The notes below the pieces were generated by a model, which was not told the DNA's origin, made no database searches, and was given only the letters and a program-made list of their open reading frames with translations. A stretch of 64,000 nucleotides of DNA from Synechococcus sp. (GTDB taxonomy: Bacteria; Cyanobacteriota; Cyanobacteriia; PCC-6307; Cyanobiaceae): the NCBI GenBank assembly GCA_047285535.1, contig JBJBDC010000001.1:192136-256135 (forward strand), in the 5' to 3' direction. How positions within the stretch are numbered: position 1 is the stretch's first letter; every line of letters begins with the position of its first letter. Shown here one piece after another: positions 1 through 10,141 of this stretch. Both the position numbers and the translations under genes were made by a program.

Positions 1-1
1 G

Positions 2-1438
2 CATCATTCAGAGCTCAGTACTTGGTTCTTGTTGTTAGATCCCGAGAGCAGAGCTGGGGTCTTACAACTGCTTCAGGCTCCTGTGATTGTTGATCGCAGC
101 ATGGCTCTTCAACTCTTAGACAGCTGGGCTGGGCGTCAATTGTTGGATCAAGTCGCTGATTTAGTGCGAGTCGACGATGACACCGAGGGTGTCATTTTTC
201 GTCAAACACTTAATGAACTTCTGGCCAGGCAAGAGCAGGTTTCAAGTCTGGATTTGCTTGAAGCCCTCCCTGCTGAAAGGATTCGCCTTGATCTCGATGT
301 TTTGCTGGGGCTGGCGCGGAGCTGGAGGACGCAGATTCAGCGTCAAAAGGATTTGGTGCGGCGCCTTGATCGCCTCCCGGTCACGGATTCATTGCCAGAG
401 CCTCGTCCTTCTTTCCAATCTGGCGATGGGCTTCATCAAGATCTAGAACCCAGGCTGATGTCTCTGTCAGTCAGCCATAGGTCTGAGCCATTGCGGTTTC
501 AGCTCTGGTTGCCCGATAAGGAAGCCCCCGAACGGGAGCACTGGATGGTTCTCATGCCTGGGTTGGGAGGAAGCCCGGACCATTTTCGCTGGCTGGGCCG
601 TGGCCTGAGTCGTCGCGGTTGGCCCGTCTTGGTGCCTGAACATCCAGGTAGCGATGACCGAGCTGTCCAGGCCCTACTGGAGGGACGTCTTCCTCCTCCG
701 GGTGCGGAAGTGCTCCCTGATCGCCTCAAGGATCTGGATGCCCTCATCACTGCGCGACGAAAGGGCGTGTTTGATCTGCCAGGCCGACGCTTGATTTTGG
801 CTGGCCATTCCCTTGGTGCTTTGAGTGCACTGTTGTCGACGGGTGCGCGGCCTGCTCCTGGCCTGGCTCGTCGTTGTTCTTCTGTCTTGAATGATTTGCC
901 GCTCAGCAATTTATCGCGACTTTTGCAGTGTCAGCTTGTGGATGTTCCTTTGCCACAGCAAACAGCACCGGAAGATTTATCGGCGGTGATTGGCTTCAAC
1001 ACTTTCGGCAGCCTCCTTTGGCCCGTTGGCTCCCTTTCCAAGGCTCTCAATGTGCCTTTGCTTTTTACTGGTGGCACGCTCGATCTGATCACTCCACCCA
1101 TTAGCGAACAGTTGAGTCTTCTTCTGGCGATGCCTCCTGAACCCTCCAGCAGGGTGGTACTGGTTGAAGGTGCCAGCCATTTTTCACCAGTTCGAGTTGA
1201 GGGGCAGAAGCAAGGGGGACGCGGTGAGGATCTCTTCCAGCTTGGAGAAGAGCTTGTTGGTGTTCAGCCACTGCAAGTGCAGGCACTGTTGGAGCAGGAA
1301 GTGGTTCAGTTTTTATTGGATCAGGAAAAGCGGAATGCTGAGGTCCTTCCCCGAGTGAAGAGGATGCATCTGCAGGTTGGAGAATTACACCTTCATCGGC
1401 TTGATCGAAAGGCGGCTACAGATTTAGTTGATTGGTAG
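2..1438 (+). CDS. Alpha/beta hydrolase (DUF1400-type N-terminus plus hydrolase domain); 5' end probably outside the window
   Basis: Frame is open from position 2. Has a GHSLG nucleophile elbow, PGLGG oxyanion motif, D(LITPP) and GASHFS His motif. Confidence 0.85.
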   Translation, partial: HHSELSTWFLLLDPESRAGVLQLLQAPVIVDRSMALQLLDSWAGRQLLDQVADLVRVDDDTEGVIFRQTLNELLARQEQVSSLDLLEALPAERIRLDLDVLLGLARSWRTQIQRQKDLVRRLDRLPVTDSLPEPRPSFQSGDGLHQDLEPRLMSLSVSHRSEPLRFQLWLPDKEAPEREHWMVLMPGLGGSPDHFRWLGRGLSRRGWPVLVPEHPGSDDRAVQALLEGRLPPPGAEVLPDRLKDLDALITARRKGVFDLPGRRLILAGHSLGALSALLSTGARPAPGLARRCSSVLNDLPLSNLSRLLQCQLVDVPLPQQTAPEDLSAVIGFNTFGSLLWPVGSLSKALNVPLLFTGGTLDLITPPISEQLSLLLAMPPEPSSRVVLVEGASHFSPVRVEGQKQGGRGEDLFQLGEELVGVQPLQVQALLEQEVVQFLLDQEKRNAEVLPRVKRMHLQVGELHLHRLDRKAATDLVDW

Positions 1439-1447
1439 TGATGTCTA

Positions 1448-2467
1448 TCAGTAGCGAATGCGTGGATCTAGAACGGCGACCAACAGGTCAACCGCCACGC
1501 TCACCATCACGACGAGTGCGGCGATGACGACAACAATTCCTTGGACAACGGGATAGTCGCGTTGGTTAATGCTTTCTTGTAGGCGAAGAGCAATGCCTGG
1601 CCAGGAAAATGTAACCTCAATCAGAAGGGCTCCCCCGATGAGCGAGGCCACAGTGATGCCCGCAATCGTGAGCACTGGTAGCAGGGCATTTGGAAGAGCA
1701 TGGCGCAGCACCACCTGGGTTTCGCTCAGTCCACGGCTCCTGGCAGATTCCACATAATCCGATTTCAGAGTGCGATTCAGATTGAGCCTCAGCGCACGCG
1801 TGAACACTCCGCTGAGAAGTAGGCCCAAGGTGCAGGCGGGCAGCACTAGGTGTCGAATCGATCCTTGAAGCGCAGACCAATTTCTGTTGATGACGCTGTC
1901 GTAGATCAGAAATCCGCTGCCTTCTGGAGGGATCAAACTCGGTGGAAATCTGCCGCCAACGGGTAACCAGCCGAGCATCACGGCAAAGATGAGTTGAATC
2001 AACATGGCCGCCCAAAATGGGGGCAATGCATAGGTTCCAATTCCGTAAAAGCGGCCAGCTAGATCCAATTTCCCTTCTGGTCTGGCAACCCCGCTAAACC
2101 CCACAGCTAATCCCAGAACTGCAGCGATGATCAGGGCTGTGATGCCAAGCTCCAAGCTTGCCGGCAATGTTTTGTTAATAATCGAACGGACCGACTCACT
2201 GTTGATTAAGGCAACTCCTAAATTTCCATGAACCAGCTTTCCAAGAAAATCTAAATATTGATTCCATAGAGATTGATCAAGACCAAGACTGCTTCTGAGT
2301 GCGGCTTTGGCAGCTTCTGGAGCCCTGCTGCCAAGTACTGCATCCACCGGATCTCCAGGAGCGACTCGCAGCAATAAAAACACCAGTGTGGCAATCATCC
2401 AAAGCATGAGGGGAGCTAGCGCCAGTCGTGTTGCGCAGTAGCGAAAAAGTTCCCGACCCCGTGCCAT
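1448..2467 (-). CDS. dppB: Peptide/nickel ABC transporter permease (DppB/OppB family)
   Basis: PGDPV N-terminus, EAA-like loop (YVESARSRGL), FSWPGIA...RDYPVVQG, multiple TM segments. Confidence 0.92.
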   Translation of the reverse strand: MARGRELFRYCATRLALAPLMLWMIATLVFLLLRVAPGDPVDAVLGSRAPEAAKAALRSSLGLDQSLWNQYLDFLGKLVHGNLGVALINSESVRSIINKTLPASLELGITALIIAAVLGLAVGFSGVARPEGKLDLAGRFYGIGTYALPPFWAAMLIQLIFAVMLGWLPVGGRFPPSLIPPEGSGFLIYDSVINRNWSALQGSIRHLVLPACTLGLLLSGVFTRALRLNLNRTLKSDYVESARSRGLSETQVVLRHALPNALLPVLTIAGITVASLIGGALLIEVTFSWPGIALRLQESINQRDYPVVQGIVVVIAALVVMVSVAVDLLVAVLDPRIRY

Positions 2468-4077
2468 CAGTCTGCTTCTCCGAGTCGGGCCAGATTCACC
2501 AGCCCGTTGCCATTAAAGGTGGGAGGGCTTAGTCGAAGTTGAGCCCAGGCTTTTGGAGCGACAAACCAGACTGGAATGTAGGGCGCCCCTTGTGCTGCCA
2601 TCTCATCAACCGTCGCCAGTTCCTTAAGTCGTGCGTCACCCTCCAGCCTGTCGCTGCGACGTAAGGCTTTTTGAAGACCTGGTGCAGTCCAGAACGTGCC
2701 GCCATCCACGGCTTCACCGGCCTCACAAAGGTTTCCTTTTGCACGTTTACAACTGAGCAATGGGGCGAGGTAAGCCTCAGGGTCTGGATAGGAACCTCCC
2801 CAATCAAGAATGACTGCTTGGAACGATCCTTCGCTCAGCTGCTTATAAACCGTTGTTGATTCCACCCCATTGAGAGTCATGTTCACGCAATTGGGAAGAT
2901 CTCGCTTTAGTTGAGCTTGCCATGTGAGTGCCATCAATCGATCCGAAGGAACGTTGGTGCGATACGTGAAGGCAATCTGAAGCTGGCGTCCTTTGCAGTA
3001 GCCCGCTTTTTCAAACAACTTTCGAGCCGTCTTCAGGTTATAGGTCGGCCATGGTTCTGTTTTCCCTCCCTGCAAACTTGGTGGAATGAGAGAGCGCAGG
3101 GGTGTTCTTTGTTTGTAGCTGACGCGGGTGCTGATCAAGTGGCGGTCAAGGCTATGAGCAAGGGCCTGCCGAACGATTTGACTCTTTAAAGGTGGAGTAT
3201 TAGTGCGCAGGGTCACAAACGTGATGTTCATGGCTGGCCCCTTGCTCTCCCGAATGAGTTTTTGGTTGGCTCGATGGCTTAACGCTCGTTTCTGATCCTC
3301 ATCCAGCGAATCGGACAGCAGAACATCGACTTCTCCGCTGACTAAGGCTCCAAACAGCGCTGTGGAGTTGCTGAGGTTGATGAGGTCGAGTCCTATGTTC
3401 TTTGGAGGTGCTCCCCAGTAGTTGCGAAAGGGGAGCAGACGCTGTTGGGTGTTGCGAAAGCTACTCAGGATGTAAGGACCTGTTCCTACAAATCGATCAT
3501 TCAGGAATCGATTGGCATGCTCGGCGTAGGCCTTCGGAGAGACAGGAGTCAGATAAGGCGATGTCAGCAGGTTTTCGATTGAGCTAGAGGGGCGTTTGAG
3601 ACGGAGTCGTATGCGAAAGGGGGTAGGCGTTTCAATTGACTCAATGCGATTTTCCACTAAATAGCGTTGAGTGCCGATGCGTAGAAAGCGCCTGAGACTG
3701 AATGCCATTGCGTGAGCGTCAAAGCGAGTGCCGTCATGGAACAGCACGTCTCGACGCAGGGGGATAGTGAGGTTGAGCCCGTCATTGCTGAGCTCAGGTT
3801 TTGAGGCGGCCAGTTGAGGCTGCAGTTTTCCATTCGCGTCCCGGCGGTAAAGCGTATCGCCGAGGGCACTCAGAACTTGCAATACACCAGTGGTGCTGGC
3901 CAGGGCTGGGTCAAGAGAGGAAATGCGACCAGCGCTGGCCACCGTTAATCGTTCGCTTTGACGTTTGGGCTGGCAAGCACTCAGGGTCAATGCAAGTGCC
4001 AAGCCGATCAACAGTCTGGCCTTCGGGCTGAAGCGACGACGGTCAGTCACGAAGCGAATTTGAGTATCAGTCGCCAT
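2467..4077 (-). CDS. dppA: Peptide/nickel ABC transporter substrate-binding lipoprotein (family 5)
   Basis: Lipobox LSAC, SLDPA, LRRDVLFHDGTRFDA and VGTGPY. Its stop overlaps the start of dppB. Confidence 0.92.
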   Translation of the reverse strand: MATDTQIRFVTDRRRFSPKARLLIGLALALTLSACQPKRQSERLTVASAGRISSLDPALASTTGVLQVLSALGDTLYRRDANGKLQPQLAASKPELSNDGLNLTIPLRRDVLFHDGTRFDAHAMAFSLRRFLRIGTQRYLVENRIESIETPTPFRIRLRLKRPSSSIENLLTSPYLTPVSPKAYAEHANRFLNDRFVGTGPYILSSFRNTQQRLLPFRNYWGAPPKNIGLDLINLSNSTALFGALVSGEVDVLLSDSLDEDQKRALSHRANQKLIRESKGPAMNITFVTLRTNTPPLKSQIVRQALAHSLDRHLISTRVSYKQRTPLRSLIPPSLQGGKTEPWPTYNLKTARKLFEKAGYCKGRQLQIAFTYRTNVPSDRLMALTWQAQLKRDLPNCVNMTLNGVESTTVYKQLSEGSFQAVILDWGGSYPDPEAYLAPLLSCKRAKGNLCEAGEAVDGGTFWTAPGLQKALRRSDRLEGDARLKELATVDEMAAQGAPYIPVWFVAPKAWAQLRLSPPTFNGNGLVNLARLGEAD

Positions 4078-4103
4078 TCAACGACCGCATGCGCGAACTG
4101 TCG

Positions 4104-4349
4104 CTAATCGCTCTCTGGAATGGTGCTGGAAATCTGTTGAAGACCCACCTCAAATACGGGGGATCCATGGCGATCAATGGGCCATTGGCGAATCCAGCAA
4201 CGGTCGTGATGGGCATCAATGCTGATGACTTGGAATGGTCCTTCTCCCGTGCGGAGCCTGATGCAGTCTCCTTGATGCAGCTGCATGACGGGCAAAGAAC
4301 TCTGCTGATCGCAGTGTGAACCGTTGGTCAGAGTCATTTCGTTCGTCAT
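4104..4349 (-). CDS. Small conserved hypothetical protein (true start may be the ATG at 4286)
   Basis: FQVISID...RCWIRQWP pattern resembles small picocyanobacterial hypotheticals, and the ORF fills the gap between thrA and dppA. Confidence 0.6.
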   Translation of the reverse strand: MTNEMTLTNGSHCDQQSSLPVMQLHQGDCIRLRTGEGPFQVISIDAHHDRCWIRQWPIDRHGSPVFEVGLQQISSTIPESD

Positions 4350-4462
4350 GAACGTAAGGCAGCATGGATCTGCAATTGCAGACTAGCTTTTTGATGGTTC
4401 TTATGATTTTGTCTCTTCCTGTGGTCTGGAGTCCATCCCGAAGTGATGGTGTGTGGGATTGC

Positions 4463-5779
4463 TCAAAGACAGCCGAGGTGGGCATCAAGGCTTAACACTC
4501 CAGGAAGCGCATGGATTGCTTGGAGTGCTTTGCTCATCTGCCCATTGCTAACAACGTGCGTGATTACAACGATCTCAGCGCCCGCATTGCTGGCTTCCAG
4601 TTGGACGATTGATTGAATCGAGACGTTGTGATCTCCAAAACAACTGCCTATACGTCCGATGATCCCAGGTGCATTTTCTGTCTTGAAACGCACATAGTTG
4701 CGCTGGCTGGTTCTTTCGGCATTGACCAGATGGCATGAGCGCCAGCTCGAGGCGGCGAGCAGCGGGTCAAGATTTCCGTTTGCAGGATCGAGTTGACGAA
4801 TACCGGCAATATTGAGGATGTCAGCCACCACCGCTGATGCAGTAGGCCCTGCTCCTGCTCCAGGTCCATAGAACATCACCCTTCCGATCGGATCTCCTTC
4901 CACCAAGATGGCGTTGTTGACGCCGTTGACTCCTGCAAGTGGATGGTCGTTGGGGACCAGGGTGGGTTGAACGCTGACGGCTAGAGGAAGGGATGTGGGA
5001 TGGCTGGGGTCAGAATCCATGCGTTCAGCTACCGCAAGAAGTTTGACTCCATAACCCAATTGCGTGGCATAGTCCACATCTCTGCTTTGCAGAGTGCTTA
5101 TTCCTGCGGTGGGGATACCGTTTCGATCGATCGGCCCTCCAAAGGCGAGCCCTGAAAGAATCGCAATCTTGTCGGCTGCATCAAGGCCTTCAACATCAGC
5201 AGCGGGGTCCGCTTCCGCATAGCCCAAGTCCTGTGCTTCTAGCAGCACAGCCTCGTAGTCCACCCCTTCATCAGCCATGCGACTGAGAATGTAGTTTGTT
5301 GTGCCGTTAATAATTCCACTGACGCGCTGAATGCGATTGCCGCCGAGAGATTGCTTGAGCGGTTCAATGATCGGGATTCCGCCGCCGACCGCAGCCTCGA
5401 TCAACACGTAAACCCCGGCCGCAGCTGCGGCCGCAGCAATCTCTTCACCATGTCTGGCAATCACAGATTTGTTTGCGGTGACAACCGATTTGCCGGCAGA
5501 TATCGCACGCATAATCAAGGTGCGGGCTGGTTCTATCCCTCCCATCACCTCCACCACGACGTCCACTTCAGGATCGTCCACCACGGACTCCGGCGATGTG
5601 GTCAGGATGCTTTCATCAAGTGAGAGAGCCCGTTTACGTTTTAAATCTCTCACTGCCACTTTCACCAGATCAAGATCGGAGATCAAAGGGTGTCTTCCGT
5701 CTGGTGAATCAAGAATGCTCGCCACTCCTGCACCCACTGTTCCAAGACCGAGAAGGCCGATTCCGATCCGAGTGGTCAT
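4463..5779 (-). CDS. thrA: Homoserine dehydrogenase
   Basis: GLGTVG Rossmann motif, VVTANK, EAAVGGGIP, GIINGTTNYIL, GYAEADP and a C-terminal ACT domain. Confidence 0.96.
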   Translation of the reverse strand: MTTRIGIGLLGLGTVGAGVASILDSPDGRHPLISDLDLVKVAVRDLKRKRALSLDESILTTSPESVVDDPEVDVVVEVMGGIEPARTLIMRAISAGKSVVTANKSVIARHGEEIAAAAAAAGVYVLIEAAVGGGIPIIEPLKQSLGGNRIQRVSGIINGTTNYILSRMADEGVDYEAVLLEAQDLGYAEADPAADVEGLDAADKIAILSGLAFGGPIDRNGIPTAGISTLQSRDVDYATQLGYGVKLLAVAERMDSDPSHPTSLPLAVSVQPTLVPNDHPLAGVNGVNNAILVEGDPIGRVMFYGPGAGAGPTASAVVADILNIAGIRQLDPANGNLDPLLAASSWRSCHLVNAERTSQRNYVRFKTENAPGIIGRIGSCFGDHNVSIQSIVQLEASNAGAEIVVITHVVSNGQMSKALQAIHALPGVLSLDAHLGCL

Positions 5780-5815
5780 TGGACAGATTCCGTTCGTGTT
5801 GCTGATCAGAGGACT

Positions 5816-6277
5816 CTATGAATGAATAGCGTCATTGTTGCTTGATAAAGCACGAGCCTGGGATTGCATGGCACGCAAGATATTGAGAAAACCGTTCGCC
5901 CTCGATGGAGTAAGGCTTGCTTGAAGGCCAGTAGCCTCAATGAAAGCAGGGTCAACGGCCTGCACTTGCTCTGGAGTGAGGTTACTCATCCCTTTGATTA
6001 ATAAGGCCAGGAGACCTTTGGTGATCAAAGCATCGGATTCGCCTTGCCAGCACACATAATTGCCCTTTAGAGCAGCATGGATAAACACTTGGGAGACGCA
6101 ACCATGAACTTTTCGCTCATCGGTCTGGAGTTCCAAAGGCATGGCGGGCAGTTTCTTAGCGAGCCAAAGTACATATTCATAACGCTTGCGAGGGTCTGAG
6201 GTCCTACTAAGACGTTCTGCTAAGCGATCAAGCGCCTCGCTTCCGTATGTGTTTGGGGAGCAGCGGAGTTCCTCCAT
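5816..6277 (-). CDS. sufE: Fe-S assembly sulfur acceptor SufE
   Basis: VHGCVSQV, SDALITKGL and LTPSRANGF motifs. Confidence 0.93.
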   Translation of the reverse strand: MEELRCSPNTYGSEALDRLAERLSRTSDPRKRYEYVLWLAKKLPAMPLELQTDERKVHGCVSQVFIHAALKGNYVCWQGESDALITKGLLALLIKGMSNLTPEQVQAVDPAFIEATGLQASLTPSRANGFLNILRAMQSQARALSSNNDAIHS

Positions 6278-6284
6278 AGAGAAT

Positions 6285-6761
6285 TCAGCGAATCAAGCTG
6301 GGTTTGCGCACCTTAACCATCAGGCTCACAAGGCCTAGTACAGCAGGTGCTCCAAGCCAAGCCAAACCGGGGACTGTTCTCCTCAGGTGTCTTGTTTTCA
6401 CAACTTCTTCAAGTACAACGCTGCCTTGGCTGATCGGTAATTCCAGATAATCGCGATGTCCAGGTCCACCATCCACTTGTAAATCCAAGACGCCTTCCAC
6501 GATTGGTGGAAGCGTCAATGTCAGCTGGCCATTGGCTCCAATCCGCCCCAGTTCATCTCCGGGAGAGCCGTCCTGGTTGAGTAGACGAACGGCGGCACCC
6601 TCGACAGGTTCACCCGTGGAGAAGCTGCTGATCAGCTCCAATTGTCCATCTAGATAGCGAATTGAGCTTTCAATTCCATGGGCCTGAGCCGGATGGCTTG
6701 AAGTGAGTCCGAGACCTAAAGCTGCACATGCCACCAGCAGGCTGCGTGAAAACACGGTCAT
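6285..6761 (-). CDS. Exported, membrane-anchored protein resembling the NikL/CbiL auxiliary Ni/Co-uptake components
   Basis: Signal peptide ending AQA|H, FSTGEP-x-GAAV, G-x-x-GANG, a GPGH motif and a C-terminal TM helix. Confidence 0.6.
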   Translation of the reverse strand: MTVFSRSLLVACAALGLGLTSSHPAQAHGIESSIRYLDGQLELISSFSTGEPVEGAAVRLLNQDGSPGDELGRIGANGQLTLTLPPIVEGVLDLQVDGGPGHRDYLELPISQGSVVLEEVVKTRHLRRTVPGLAWLGAPAVLGLVSLMVKVRKPSLIR

Positions 6762-6782
6762 GACATCAACCCGATAGATTTT

Positions 6783-7385
6783 TCATCTTGCAGAGAATTT
6801 TGTCTGCTGGCTAGCCCAGCGCAAGTTGTAGCCAAGTTCGGTGATCCATCCATCTACGGGCTGATCCCATGGGGCAACGGGTAATGGATCGGAATGAATG
6901 CACGCTTCTGGCAGGACAGCCATCACTGGAAGTGCTGACCATCCGGGTTGACTCAGCAATCGGTCATAACAACCTCCTCCATAGCCCAGGCGCATTCCGT
7001 TTCGATCGATGGCCAGTGCTGGAATCAACAAGAGCGACAACTGGGCCGGCTTTAACGCGGGAGCCAACAGAGGAGCTGGGATTGAAAAAGCATCACTGCG
7101 AAGTTCCTGTCTCGAGGGGGCGTCTCGCCATAGGTGATAAGAGATGCTGTAATTAGCTGCCGTTGCAGGTAGAGCTAAGGGTGCGGGCTGTCGTTCGGCC
7201 AGGGCGCGAAGATCAGGCTCCCCTGCCAATGGCCAAGTGATGCCGATGGCAAGCTTGTCATTGGCAGAATTGCGCTGCTCCAGATAGGTGAGCACCTCAT
7301 CAACCAACAAACCATTGAGTGTTGACATTGCGGCGAGCCGCACATGGTTGTATTGAGTCCTCAGGGCTTTTTTGTTCAAGGGCAT
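6783..7385 (-). CDS. 5-formyltetrahydrofolate cyclo-ligase
   Basis: KKALR N-terminus, LIPALAIDRNGMRLGYGGGCYDR, and PWDQPVDGWITE. Confidence 0.93.
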   Translation of the reverse strand: MPLNKKALRTQYNHVRLAAMSTLNGLLVDEVLTYLEQRNSANDKLAIGITWPLAGEPDLRALAERQPAPLALPATAANYSISYHLWRDAPSRQELRSDAFSIPAPLLAPALKPAQLSLLLIPALAIDRNGMRLGYGGGCYDRLLSQPGWSALPVMAVLPEACIHSDPLPVAPWDQPVDGWITELGYNLRWASQQTKFSAR

Positions 7386-7387
7386 TC

Positions 7388-8182
7388 CTAGGCATGGGTG
7401 ACATCTTTGATGGGATCCGGAATTCCCCAACGACCCATGACAGGGAGAAGAAAAGGTATTTCAATTTCAGCCCTTTCGTTTGGCCATAGGGTTACGAGTT
7501 CTTCTTCTAGCTCTGGAAGAAGATCCACTCCTTTTTGCTGAGCCTGGTGAATGGCTGACCAAGTGCTGATGAAGCCTAGAAGATCATGCCTGCTCCAACA
7601 CAATTCGATCCCGTAATGCTCTGGTATTGAATGGCTCTCTCCAGGGAAAGGAAGATCGCTGTATCGAGTCTCGACATGTCGGCGTTGGGGTGGCCACCAG
7701 ATCTGCAAGCGATGGTGGTAAAGCTCATCTAGCCATTGTTGTAGTAATTCCGGAGCACCTATGAGAGGGGCGTATCCAATCCAGACCACGAGACCTCCTG
7801 GTCGAAGAACTCTGAGACATTCTTGATTGAAATGCTCCACATTGAGCCAGTGAATGGCTGTGGCGCAGACCACTGCGCTACAGCAGTGAGCCGCCAGTCC
7901 ACTGTTCTCTGCTGAGGCCACTTGAAATTGAATTTTGGGATGAGGAGGAGCGGCTGCAATTTGTTTTGGGCTGAGATCTGTGGCGAACACCGTTGAAAAT
8001 TCTTCGGCAAGCCCGATGCTGGCTTGACCACTGCCACAGGCGGCATCCCAGCAGAGATTGTGATCCGGTGCCTGGGATGCAATCCAGCGAAACACGGATG
8101 CCGGATAGTGGGGGCGTCGCTCGGCATAGGCCGCGGCTACCGAATCAAACCAGCCATGGCTGGGAGCTGTCATGGTCTCCAC
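7388..8182 (-). CDS. Class I SAM-dependent methyltransferase
   Basis: YAERRPHYP, WDAACGSGQ motif I, A-I-HW, and RVLRPGG. Confidence 0.9.
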   Translation of the reverse strand: METMTAPSHGWFDSVAAAYAERRPHYPASVFRWIASQAPDHNLCWDAACGSGQASIGLAEEFSTVFATDLSPKQIAAAPPHPKIQFQVASAENSGLAAHCCSAVVCATAIHWLNVEHFNQECLRVLRPGGLVVWIGYAPLIGAPELLQQWLDELYHHRLQIWWPPQRRHVETRYSDLPFPGESHSIPEHYGIELCWSRHDLLGFISTWSAIHQAQQKGVDLLPELEEELVTLWPNERAEIEIPFLLPVMGRWGIPDPIKDVTHA

Positions 8183-9400
8183 CTGCGAGGAATTGGCAAA
8201 AAAGCCGGCTTAAGCCAAAGATAACGGTTCTTTTTTGAGTCGCTCTGATGACTCAATCTTTGCATCTTGCTTTGAACTTAGGTGCTGAGGTCGTACAAGC
8301 AGCCATGCGAATGGACGATGAGTTATGGGTTGTCGGGTTCTGGGTGGCAATTGGCTGATTGTTGGGCACGATGCCAACCATTTTGGTCAGAGCAAAGCAG
8401 GGTGATATTCAGAGATTGCCTGCGGTCAGAAAGCTTGCGCCTTGACTTCAAGGGTGGATGAGGCCAGTGCTTTCTTTTCAGGGAGGAACTCGCGATCCTC
8501 AGGTCAAGATGATTGGTTCAATCTGATGTGGTTCATCGGTTCATAGAGTGGAAAAGTGCTGATCAGTTCAACCTTTGTTTTCATGATTTGGAACTAGTTA
8601 GGGATTGAAGTAAGTTCCCTTTGAATAGAACGTCGCAACCAATGCAAAAGCTCAAAATCTGGCTGAAGCAGATCAATGATTATGCCAACAAGCATCTCCA
8701 GACCTGGGAAGCTGAAAGGAAGCGTTGATGACTCTCGACTTGCGTCTCTTTGCGTGGTGCTGCCCCTTGAACTGGAGCTGAAACAGGTCCAGCGGCACTC
8801 ACACCTCAAGGCTCATTCAGCAGATGACAAAGGCTGAAGCCATGCGAGAGCTGTCGAACTGGGTAATTCTGGCTGGTACATCCTGCATAGACATTACCTT
8901 TGTTGTCGCTACTTCTTGATTCAACTGTTCAGTCCACTGAGCTCGATTATCTTTGCTCAGCGCGCCTAGTCTCCTTGTACTGTTGTGGAGATAGGGTGAT
9001 AGATCTTCATGGAAATCAGATGGAAGTAATTGTTGAATGAATACTGATCAGGGGTCTTCGGATTTTTGTTTATAGCTGCTATAATGGATGATTTTTGTAA
9101 AATTTAGGTCCTGGCTTGGAGAGATTATTCTCAAACTATCACGTTGCCAGGTCAGTCGTACGATAGGCTTTCGTAAATTCCTCGACCATGTTGTCGTGCA
9201 GTCAAGGCAGGCAGACAGGCTGACATAGAGACAGGAATAAAATCGACGTAACCTTATTCCCTTGTTGTTGTCAAAGAGTCAAGAGGACTTGTCAATAACT
9301 TACAGAGAATGTACAGCACATTCAATGAAATGAATTGGGTCTGTCAAGTTAAACTAAGCAATTTTGGTCGCATTATTGCCGGATGATGTTTAGAAAGAAC

Positions 9401-10141
9401 TCAGATGAGTGAGACCTTGCCAGACCCGATATCAAAGTATCCGACGACAATTTGAAGAGTGCCGTCTTTTACAGCATTGGCGAGAACATCGCTACGAGAA
9501 GTCAGCTGTCTAGAGGTGGCACTTGCATTCACTTTAATGGAGTTTTCCAATGTTTCACCTGGCGTCAAACTTGCACGAATCGGATTGACTAGTTGCTCAA
9601 ACAGTGGTGTGAGTGGATCGTTCGAGAGTGCTGCTTGAACAGCACCGCAGTTACTGTGGCCTAACACCATGATTAAAGGTGTTTTTAAAATTTCAACGCT
9701 GTATTCCAGAGAGGCTATTCCCTCGGTAAAGGGGGTATTCCCCGCACTGCGGATTACAAATAAATCACCAGCAGCGGCATCAAAAATCCATTCAGGAGAC
9801 ACCCTTGAGTCAGCGCAACTGATAATGGAAGCCCAAGGGGATTGTTCGTCCTGAAGCAGTTGCGAAGGAAGAAAGCAATTATCTAACCAAAGGTTTGCCA
9901 TCCGTTGAGAACGCTCGTTCATGTTTGATGCTTTGTTTTTGGCTTGCCAAGCAGTAGCAAAACGCTCATTACCGTTCATCAATGCAGTCAATGAATCCTC
10001 AGGACGACAGGTTCGTACGGATTCATTGAGTGGCGATGAAGCGGCTGCGGCCTTCGGTGGTTGGATCAATTGAATTGCAGCGGCAAGGCTGAAGGCATTC
10101 AGGCCGCTGCCTAAGAGAAATGAGCGTCGATTCAGTGTCAC
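9401..10141 (-). CDS. Beta-class carbonic anhydrase with a twin-arginine (Tat) signal peptide
   Basis: NRRSFLL Tat motif, L-x-x-GNERF, CADSRV, GDLFVIRSAGN and HSNCGAV zinc ligands. Confidence 0.93.
   Translation of the reverse strand: MTLNRRSFLLGSGLNAFSLAAAIQLIQPPKAAAASSPLNESVRTCRPEDSLTALMNGNERFATAWQAKNKASNMNERSQRMANLWLDNCFLPSQLLQDEQSPWASIISCADSRVSPEWIFDAAAGDLFVIRSAGNTPFTEGIASLEYSVEILKTPLIMVLGHSNCGAVQAALSNDPLTPLFEQLVNPIRASLTPGETLENSIKVNASATSRQLTSRSDVLANAVKDGTLQIVVGYFDIGSGKVSLI

Noticed and set aside
9110..9360. GAGATTATTCTCAA dyad and clustered GTCAA pentamers
   Set aside because: They lie downstream of the CA gene with no clear target gene, and the spacing is irregular; not enough to call an operator.
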